64,000 bases of DNA, taken from assembly GCA_965209085.1 (NCBI GenBank), contig OZ242376.1, positions 832,001-896,000 of the forward strand, written 5' to 3'. This document shows, one piece after another, positions 21,970-30,784 of this stretch (its first letter is position 1; each line of letters starts with the position of its first letter). The position numbers and the translations under genes are program-made. This DNA is from Nitrosopumilaceae archaeon (GTDB lineage Archaea > Thermoproteota > Nitrososphaeria > Nitrososphaerales > Nitrosopumilaceae). The notes below the pieces were generated by a model. It made no database searches. It saw only the letters and a program-made list of their open reading frames with translations, and was not told the origin of the DNA.

Positions 21970-24439
21970 TATACTGACACGCAAAAGTAACTGCAATTTA
22001 TGACTCTAGGCACAATGTAACCGCAAGATATTTGGATCACCTAGGGTATGAATCAATCATGAACAAAGAACATCAGGAACTGTATAATAGAGTTCATGCA
22101 TAATCAACTGCAAAGACATACGGTTCTGACTATGACACTGTCATGATCAAAGTACACATGACCTAAAACCTTCAAGCAGACAACAAAACAAATCAAAATG
22201 TCACATACATGACAGCAGAATATTATGCGTGACTGTATGCACAAAGATGTGCTACTTGATTTGAGGGCAGACTTTTTCCAACGGTTCGATATACTTGCGA
22301 TCCTTTAACATGATGTGCAGGTTGGTCAGTCCTGTAACCACTTGGATTTCTGTATAAAACGCATCCATTGTATCATCATATATGGCACTCATTCTACGGA
22401 ACCATTTGAGCCGGTTTATGGCATGCTCTACTTTTATGCGCTTACGACTGATTCTCTTGCTGTATTCGCGTTCTGTCTCTGTCAATCCTCTGCCCTTTGG
22501 TTTTTTGTACGGTTGCTTTGAGATAATTCCAGGATAGTCTTTTTCCACGGACAAGTATCCCTTGTCAGTATATAGCATAATTTGTCGCTCTTTGTTTGTA
22601 TCCGAATTTTTCATGCCATCGGTCCATTTGCCAAAATTTGGCGGATTACGTCGCAGTACCTCCATGTCATGTACTGAGCCCTCTTCGGGTCCGCCAATGT
22701 CAAGTACCAGCCCGTCTTTGTTTGAGGTTATCTATACGTTGTAGACGTGCCTCTTACGCTTTCCAGAGTATACTACCTCTTGGTTCTCCTGCGGTCTTTG
22801 AACCTGCACAAATGTGGCATCAAGATACAGCTCGTCACCGCCCCTGCCTGATGCGAATTTTTTAAACGACTCGATGGTACGCTCTTCCCGTATCGCAGCA
22901 CCAACATTCTCAGCTGTTGGAAGAATATTCATCAACAGCTCATCAGCAAATACCAGATATCTGCGGATGGTACTCTGATCAACGCCTGCAATGGCTGCAA
23001 GCATTTCCTGTTTGGGGTTATTGCGCTTGCGGCATAGTGCGACAAACAAAATTTGTGGTGCAGTAAGAATACAGGTGTTTCCCGGATCGTCGACATATTC
23101 TGAAAAGCGAGGGGTTTCTGGCGAGTCTTCAACGGCATTTATGAACCGTTCCTGAATCCATTCAAATTCTTCACGATCCATTCCAGTCATCCCGTATAGA
23201 TAATTGTCATCATCAACCATATGGTTCAAGTATTCATAAGCAGATTGTTTTTCGGTCTTATCCCCATCTATCATTTTTTTGTAGCGTTGGTTTTCTGCTT
23301 CAAGTTTGGAGATTCTTTTTTCCAACTTGGAGATTATACGTTTGTCTGTAGCACACATGCTGTGTGATTGTAATACTTGATCATAGATCTTTCGATTTGC
23401 CAAAATTGATTTTTTGGTTAATATGCATAAACTCTAATGCAAGCAGTCATGTCAAAGACAGAAAAGAGATATCAAAAATATATCTTGTAAGCATGGTCAA
23501 ATACCAAAACATATCCATAGCTAAAGCTTCTGAATTATTGATGAAAAGCTACAACTGGGGCAAAGAATGCATGCAACGATATGACGAGCTTGGATTAGAC
23601 GGTCTTAAAACCCTGCCCAAATCGGGCAGGCCTTTATTATTATCAAATATACGATTTAAAAAAATCATTGACATGGCAAGACGAGAGAACGGTTCAGTTG
23701 ATCCAAAACAGGTGATGCACAACATTAAACACAAAACCGGAGTAAAATATCACATATCAAATATCAGAAAAAGACTCCACAAATTCTCATTTGTCAGCAA
23801 GGCTCCAAAAAGAATTCATGTCAATGCAGCGCCGGCATCAGTCTGCTACAACTGGTCGCAAAACACTAGGCGTCAAATACGCCTACTTGAAGAGCGTGGA
23901 TTTGCAGTAGGCGTTCAGGATGAATGTATAATAAAATACGATTCATTATCCGGCAAGAAACTCTGGATTGAAATAAGCAAAAATTGTTACGTAAAATCCA
24001 CAGGTTCTCACAAAAAAGTTGTTGTCTTTGGAGTACTCTTATCGGATAGCAGGCAGATGTTTGCAAACTATGATTTGTTTGATGCAAAATCATTTCTCAA
24101 GTTTTTAAAAATGGCTCATCAAAAATTTGGAAAAATTTGCATGATTACGGATAGAGCTGCACAACACAGAAAATCCAAAATTATTAAAAAATATATATCT
24201 GAGAATAAAGATGAGGTAAAGCTTTTGTTTTTCCCTACAAGTTCACCGTTTCTGAGTGCCGTTGAAGAATGCTGGCATCAGGCCAAACGTGCGTTGGTCG
24301 TCTCTGAATATTATGAAACATTTGAGAATATGAAATATGCAATTTCAGAATATTTTAGAACTGTACGATTCAAAGTATCAATAATGGATTTTATTATGAG
24401 AAAAGCTGTAGATTGCAGTTACTTTTGATCCGCAGTATA
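21970..24439 (+). mobile_element. Second IS630-family type, interrupted by IS5 copy 2
   Basis: IRs TATACTGACACGCAAAAGTAACTGCAAT and ATTGCAGTTACTTTTGATCCGCAGTATA. Transposase rejoins as MNKEHQELYN|ASSHVKD...QDE...DRA...VEECW. Confidence 0.88.
22089..23435 (-). mobile_element. IS5/ISL2-like element, copy 2 (nonsense-inactivated)
   Basis: IRs; AAT target duplication on both sides; TAG at 22732-34 where the other copies have CAG. Confidence 0.9.
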
Positions 24440-24530
24440 TCCATGTGCCTCTTTTTTAAGTATTTCATGCGTTTTTCCATATTTTTGTACAGTATCCACT
24501 AGGGGCTATTTTTCCAATTAAAGAATGAGA

Positions 24531-25770
24531 GACATATATCCATTCGGGGCATTATCCCCACAACCATCTTCATCCACTTGTTAGAGCTTACCGCAGTTAC
24601 AATCTCGGAGCACTATCTCCATATACTGCGCCGCGGCCGTGCAACTAACTGTAATTTTGTTCAAAATCCCGATTCTCCTTTAGTAACCAGTAAATCACCT
24701 TTAGCATTTTTCCAGCTGCTGCAACTGCAGCCTTGGAGTTTCCTCTCTTTCTTGCAAGCCGCTTGTAAAATATTGAAATGTCACTTTTTGGTGCATGTAG
24801 TACGTGCGAGCGTATTGCCTCAACTAGAACCCACCTGAGCATTCTGCTTCCTCTTTTTGTTATGTGTCCATGATGTACGAGATTGGCAGAATTGCGGACC
24901 GATGGTGCAAGTCCTGCGTATGATTTTAGCTTTTCAGGATCAGAGAATCTCTCAACATTATCAATCTCAGATGCAATCGTTAATGCCGTAAAATCTGCAA
25001 TTCCGGGGACAGTTTTGAGTATATCGGCATACCGGCTTGTACGTGCACTCTTGTAGATCAGTACATTGGCTTTTTGTATCTGATTATCATAAAGGCCAAT
25101 GGATGCAAGAAAACCGTCTATTCGATAGTCGTTTATGGCTTAAAGGCTTGCAATGTATTTGTACGAAAACGTACGTCCTGGAATTTTAATTCCTTTTTGG
25201 AGCAGTATTCCATGTATGGAATTTTTCATATTTGTTCTCGCCTGTACAAGTTTGTGCCTGTATCGGACCAGTTGTCTTTGCTCTACAATCTTTTTACCTG
25301 GAACATAGCACTCGTTGATATATCCTCCTCGCAGCAAATTTGCCAAAATTTGCGCATCAACTTTGTCTGTTTTTTTAGTGGATGCGGCAATGGCCTTTGT
25401 CTGATATGGGTTTGAGAGAATCACATCAAGATCCAGTCTGTCGGTCATGTATCGGAACAGTCCGTACCAGACAGATGATGACTCCATTACCATCTTTGAA
25501 CCCTCGGGTATGCTTATTTGGAAAAACTTTCTAATGTCCGCGTGTCTGTTTTCAACACGCGTGTTTAAGATCAGTTTGCCTTTGCCGTCAATTGCTGCTA
25601 TCTGGAGAAATTCTTTATGGGCGTCAATTCCAACAAACATGGACTTGCTCTTAAACACCCTAGTGTTTTTGTTTGCATTTTGAGCTTTGTTTTTGGGCTT
25701 GCGTTTGTTGACTGATACGGATTTATCATTTAAGCAACATCTGAATTCCTTGATTTCTTGGGCACATATG
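24531..25770 (-). mobile_element. IS110-family element; recombinase about 24645-25640 with one in-frame stop
   Basis: FVGIDAHK, MESS, KKTDKVDA (DEDD); VPGI, SYAGLAPSVRNS, KRGSRMLR. TAA at 25140-42. Ends approximate. Confidence 0.85.
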
Positions 25771-25771
25771 G

Positions 25772-26095
25772 TTAGAGTATGCACTTACGACATATGCGGC
25801 AGAAAATCTGGTACAAGAATATCTGTTTTCATCTAGAATAGATTTTTACATTGATCAAAAAGACAAAGAAAAATGGCATAACATTCTGACGCAAGATGGT
25901 CTTGTTGGGAAAGGAAATGTACGAATGTTAATTGCCGATAATCATATTTTTTACAATTCGTTTGAAAAAAATGGATTCAAAACGGTATCAATACCGCAGC
26001 TTGTTGTAGATCTCTTACGTGAAGGGGGACCATGTGCAGAGGCAGCAGAGATGTTGATAAAAAAAGAAGAGGCAAAAATTGTACACAGAAAATAA
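25772..26095 (+). pseudogene. 3' half of an AbiEi-like (type IV TA) antitoxin
   Basis: Manual translation LEYALTTYAAENL...VSIPQLVVDLLREGGPCAEAAEML; the 5' part is missing next to IS110. Confidence 0.65.
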
Positions 26096-26861
26096 AACCA
26101 CCATATCAAAATCAAATCTTTTGACTGTGATCTCAAATATGGACAAACCTGTATGTTTACTTGGCGGCTAGGCTGTCTATATTTCCGTTAATCAAAATTT
26201 TAAAGACACACACGGGAGTAATTATATAGGTTCTAGAGATATTGATCTTGGTTTTCATATGGATAAAACCTGGACCGATGCAGATCTAAAAAAATCTGCA
26301 TTTTTCAAATCAATTAAAATTCTAAAAGACATGAAATACTATGAAATCGGTTCACGTTTTGTACAACACCACGATCTTGAAACAAAACGTCTTTTAACAG
26401 AAACCGAATATAAATCTCGGCCAATTTATGATATGTTTGATTTGTTTGTTGATCCAATAGTGGACACAATACATCCAAGAACAAAGGCGTTATTTGGAAT
26501 TGATCCAATTGATGAACCCTTGCTTGCAAGTGTTTTTAGAAACAACCATGTTACAATGTCTGATTATCTTGGGGAAAAAATAATGTTGCCTAATCTGGAG
26601 ATGTTAATATCCATGAAAATAAATTCTGTATTAAATCGAAATAAAAACGATAAGAGAATAAAAGATATTGCTGACATTTATTCTCTCACATGGCATTCAA
26701 ATAAAAAATTCCAATACTTGAAACATAAAGTTCAAAAAATGTGCACCAACATCGCGGTTATCTCTGATTTCACTGATCATGACTATGATGAAGTTTCTAG
26801 AATACTCTCCATAGAAAGAGATGAAATTTCAAGAGTAATTACAGAACTGGCAAAAAAATAA
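26079..26861 (+). pseudogene. AbiEii-like nucleotidyltransferase toxin with nonsense codon
   Basis: LLGG*AVY (TAG at 26169-71, expected W), GSRDIDL, MK...KRIKDIADI. Confidence 0.75.
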
Positions 26862-26942
26862 CCACATTTGAAATCAAAGATGGTGTCCACTTATCAGCAT
26901 ACCATAGTAAATGAACTGGACGGATCTAACTTACAGCGGATC

Positions 26943-27350
26943 TATATCCGCAAGCATAAATTCGTTTAAAAATCCACCATTACACAATAGCAACGTTTTT
27001 TGATCACGACATCGGAACCAATTCATGCAAGTTAGCAATGAGGATCTCATCCAGGCCTATAATGACTGCAAAGATTCTCACGTAGAAAAAAGACTGCATG
27101 CGATGTGTCTGATGCAGATACGCGGCTATGACATAAAAGAAACCGCAGATCTTGTATTCTGAACATACCCGTGTGCATAAATGGCATAATCGATACGAAA
27201 AATACAGACTCAAAGGCCTGGAGGAAAGGTTCAGATGCGGACGGCCGCCAAAAATTCCACCATACACCCTGATGCAAATAAAAAAAGAATTTACAAAAAT
27301 CAGAACCGTTACACTTCAAAAGACGGTCCGCGATTATATCAAAACTGTAA
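26943..27350 (+). pseudogene. Degenerate 5' fragment of an IS630 element related to copies 1 and 2
   Basis: Left end TATATCCGCAAGCATAAATTCGTTTAAAA; HKWHNRYEKY..GLEE..RCGRPPKI. Confidence 0.85.
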
Positions 27351-27425
27351 CAGGTCGAGGCGATGATCAATACAGGCCATAGATTTGTAGGTGTCTTATC
27401 TGATGGCAGAATAATTTTAGAAAAA
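27351..27425 (+). pseudogene. C-terminal tail of a second tyrosine integrase
   Basis: VEAMINTGHRFVGVLSDGRIILEK aligns with AERMIEKGWTFVGTLPNGRVVVQK at about 35633-35705. Confidence 0.6.
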
Positions 27426-27504
27426 TCATCAAAATTATATCACTGCGATCAGGCGATCAAAGAAAAAAAACATGCAACAAGTTGCAGATTTGAGCTCTGG
27501 AGGG

Positions 27505-27519
27505 AATGGACCGGATGGG
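27505..27519. repeat. att site: direct repeat of the tRNA-Val 3' end
   Basis: AATGGACCGGATGGG identical to 35736-35750, followed by a degenerate T-arm. Confidence 0.85.
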
Positions 27520-27679
27520 GTCTGAAACCATAGTGGGTTCAAACCACAAAGACGTACAATGAGGCAGAAGGCTATTGGGGTGCCGTCACATCCATTCTTT
27601 TTTATCCAATTCGATCAGATCTTGCCACAAATGCAACTTTCACATATACAATTAAATTGTATAATGATCATTTAGTACT

Positions 27680-27838
27680 ATGTCAAATGAAATGATGTGT
27701 CGTGTTCCTGTACGATGTAAAAATGATAATAGTACTTATGTACTCTCCTTTCCTAAAGGTGAGGATCAAACACGGATTGAATCTATTGCATGTGAAAAAT
27801 GTGGTCGTATGACATTAATAATGGATCTTTACCCGTAA
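27680..27838 (+). CDS. 52-aa Cys-rich (zinc-ribbon-like) micro-protein
   Basis: MSNEMMCRVPVRCKNDNSTYVLSFPKGEDQTRIESIACEKCGRMTLIMDLYP; below the ORF-track cutoff. Confidence 0.55.
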   Translation: MSNEMMCRVPVRCKNDNSTYVLSFPKGEDQTRIESIACEKCGRMTLIMDLYP

Positions 27839-28007
27839 AAACCATAATAAAAAGATCCGTATTTCAACTTTCATCTTAGATCTCGACAACCGAGATCTAA
27901 ATAACTTGAATCTTGAGATCTATATTCTTGATTGATGCCTAGACGTCGACAAGTTTTCTGGATCTATGATAATCATGTTTAAAAACACATCATACAATTA
28001 ATTGTGA

Positions 28008-30173
28008 ATGTCCAATACAGATGATGAATTTTTATTTATAAATACTACAAAAAATACTAAAAAAAGATTTAAACCTGGGGGAGGTTACAGTGAACCAATC
28101 ATGGAAAATCTTCCCTTTGATGATCCGGATCTATCTGAACGGGAAAAACAATCTGTTGAAGATCAACTAAATGATACCATAATAACATTAAGACAAAAAA
28201 TAATAAAAGAAGATAATGAAATTTTTTATGAGATATATCTAAAACCAAAAATAAATCATCCGGATACACCAGAAGTACTAAATGGTCTTAAATCAAATGT
28301 TATTGGATATTTAGATCATAAACATCATGGATTGGTAATGTCGGGATCCATGGAAAAATTAGAATTTTTTTATAAAAAAATATTAAATAATAATCTTCCA
28401 AAATATTTGAAAGATAATGTCCGTATAATAAAACCCATGACAGAAAATAAACAAATTGATGATGCAATTCTTCGTGTGGATGATAATCAAATGTTGCTTT
28501 TTTTAATAATGCCGAACCTTGATGATTTGAAAAAAAATATATATGTACAACATTTGCGAACATTTTTTAATGAAAATAATTGCCGTACATATTATGACGA
28601 ACTACATAAATTGGGATTCATATTGGCTGATGCTACATATAAAATTGCTCGTAAATTATTGAAAGAATCAACATTTATTTTTAAAGTGAATCTAATTCCT
28701 AAAGGAGTTGCACATGAATTACGTGAACATGCGCACACTTCATCAACAAGTCCTGCCAAAATTACATCAAAAGTAGATGACACTCTCTCAAAAATTGTAT
28801 TGTTAGATAGTGGTGTAACTCCTATATCTAATCTGAACTCAATACTTGTAGAACGTAGCTCATTCATAAATGATGATCCTGATGATTATTTTGGAATTCA
28901 TGGTCATGGAACGCCGATTGCCAATCTTATCGCATTTGGTGATGAAGAAGAAAACCTTGTCCCTGACGCGAATATAATTTCATACAAAATTTGGTCTGAC
29001 GAAACAAATAGTACCAAATCTCAAGCATTCCTAGGGATGATCGACGGTATAGAAAAATATGCCAAACAATCTAGATTGTTCATTTCATCAATAGGGATTC
29101 CAAATTTGAACAATTATGAATTACAATTGCTCAATGAACGTATTCAACATTATAACATTTGTTTTGTCGCAGCATCTGGCAACATTTCACTTGAAGATAT
29201 CCAACAATCTCTTGTATCTCAAAACTCATATCCTGACTATTTGACTAAATTCCCAGTAACACATCCTGCAAGTGCGTTAAACATAGTCGCAGTTGGTTCA
29301 ATTGCAAGAAAAACTGTAAACGATGGAAATCGTAAATCATTGGCATCCGTAAATGAAGTTTCACCACATTCAAGATGTGGCACATATGGTATTTTTGAGT
29401 GTAAAAAACCTCAAGTTGTTGAACATGGTGGAAATGTAAACATTTGTGAATATAAAGTTGATGATGCAGATACTGGCGTTGATACCATAAACCGTATGGG
29501 TAATCATGTTTCATTATCTGGATCAAGCTTTTCTGCGCCATTATTTATTAGAAAATTATCGCATATTGAGAATTGTTACAAAAACAAAATTTCGAATGCT
29601 GAAACAATATTATCAATATCATATTTATCATGCACACCATCTAACTCCCCTTGTGCCGGATATGGAATACCACATATGTTTTCAAAATCTGATCACAATT
29701 CTGCTGTTTTTGTAACTGAAGATACAATAAAATTTCCACAAGTTACAGATACTGAAATAATTACCACTACATACGATATTATAATCCCTGTACCAAAAGA
29801 TATTGTTTCTATTAAATTCTGTATTTGCCATTCTGATGATTCGTATAAATCAATTACACCTACTCTTGAAACCACCTTGGATGTTGATACAACAAATATC
29901 CACAACGGTGCTAAAATCCTTCATCAATTAGGGGATCCGTGTGCTAAAACTAATGTTAAAATATTAGAATTTATATGTAATGTTGCAAACACTCAATCAA
30001 AATGGAAATTTTCTCTTAAACCTAAAATAATTAATGATATACTTGTCAAAGATAAAAGAGATATTAATATTCGATTTGGCTGCGCGATATTATTAGAACG
30101 TAAAAAAATGACTCAAGTTGATAAATCTTTAACAAAAACGCTTATTGATAAAATTGGGTCGAATGCTAATTGA
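28008..30173 (+). CDS. Cytoplasmic S8 (subtilisin-like) serine protease, IetS/y4bN-like
   Basis: Triad LLDSG / HGHGT / SGSSFSAP, oxyanion ASGN, KKPQVVEHGGN; no signal peptide; long N-terminal extension. Confidence 0.88.
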   Translation: MSNTDDEFLFINTTKNTKKRFKPGGGYSEPIMENLPFDDPDLSEREKQSVEDQLNDTIITLRQKIIKEDNEIFYEIYLKPKINHPDTPEVLNGLKSNVIGYLDHKHHGLVMSGSMEKLEFFYKKILNNNLPKYLKDNVRIIKPMTENKQIDDAILRVDDNQMLLFLIMPNLDDLKKNIYVQHLRTFFNENNCRTYYDELHKLGFILADATYKIARKLLKESTFIFKVNLIPKGVAHELREHAHTSSTSPAKITSKVDDTLSKIVLLDSGVTPISNLNSILVERSSFINDDPDDYFGIHGHGTPIANLIAFGDEEENLVPDANIISYKIWSDETNSTKSQAFLGMIDGIEKYAKQSRLFISSIGIPNLNNYELQLLNERIQHYNICFVAASGNISLEDIQQSLVSQNSYPDYLTKFPVTHPASALNIVAVGSIARKTVNDGNRKSLASVNEVSPHSRCGTYGIFECKKPQVVEHGGNVNICEYKVDDADTGVDTINRMGNHVSLSGSSFSAPLFIRKLSHIENCYKNKISNAETILSISYLSCTPSNSPCAGYGIPHMFSKSDHNSAVFVTEDTIKFPQVTDTEIITTTYDIIIPVPKDIVSIKFCICHSDDSYKSITPTLETTLDVDTTNIHNGAKILHQLGDPCAKTNVKILEFICNVANTQSKWKFSLKPKIINDILVKDKRDINIRFGCAILLERKKMTQVDKSLTKTLIDKIGSNAN

Positions 30174-30784
30174 CATACGCGCCGAATACATTAACATCAT
30201 GCAAAAAAATTGGTAAATATGAATATGTAATTATGCAAAAATTAGTGTCATTTTTTACAAATAAAAAATATCATGCAATTCCACATGTTCGACTAAATAT
30301 ATCATGGGGTTCTATAATATCTGATATTGATATGTTATTAATCAAAGGTGATACAATTGGAATTGTAGAAATTAAATCATCGCATGATCATCTACAAAAT
30401 GCTAAACGGCAAATTTTGAATATTGTAGATTATGTAGATTTTGCTTACATTGCTACAGATTTTAAACCTAGAAAACTTCCTATTTCTTTAGCTGGTTGGA
30501 TTTATGTCCATGATAAAGTTGTAATTAAAAAATATCCTGAACTAATATCTAAAACCCCTTCTGCTTATTCTATAAACTCATTACCAAAAAAATGCCTTAA
30601 ACGATACTTGAAACATAAAGGTAATTTATCAAATGGTGTTACAAAATATGAATTAACAAATAATATAATGTCGAGCTGTACAAAAAACCTCAAAAATGAA
30701 GTAAAAACAATGGCAACATGTGGTCAAGAATGTGATACAAATTGTCCAATTTGGAATTTTGATACATTTGATCGTACGTCTTAA
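30170..30784 (+). CDS. PD-(D/E)xK nuclease-like protein (sce7726/MmcB-like)
   Basis: E...DIDML...IVEIKSSHD...RQ...DFAYIA; C-terminal CGQECDTNCP; TTG start overlapping the protease TGA. Confidence 0.7.
   Translation: MTYAPNTLTSCKKIGKYEYVIMQKLVSFFTNKKYHAIPHVRLNISWGSIISDIDMLLIKGDTIGIVEIKSSHDHLQNAKRQILNIVDYVDFAYIATDFKPRKLPISLAGWIYVHDKVVIKKYPELISKTPSAYSINSLPKKCLKRYLKHKGNLSNGVTKYELTNNIMSSCTKNLKNEVKTMATCGQECDTNCPIWNFDTFDRTS

Noticed and set aside
23364-23435. Called N-terminus MIVILDHRS of the 354-aa IS630 ORF
   Set aside because: Derived from the inserted IS5 end; the true start lies at about 22059, on the other side of the insertion.
28008-30173. Calling the locus IetAS or a secreted subtilisin
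   Set aside because: No AAA ATPase (no Walker motifs) nearby, and no signal peptide.
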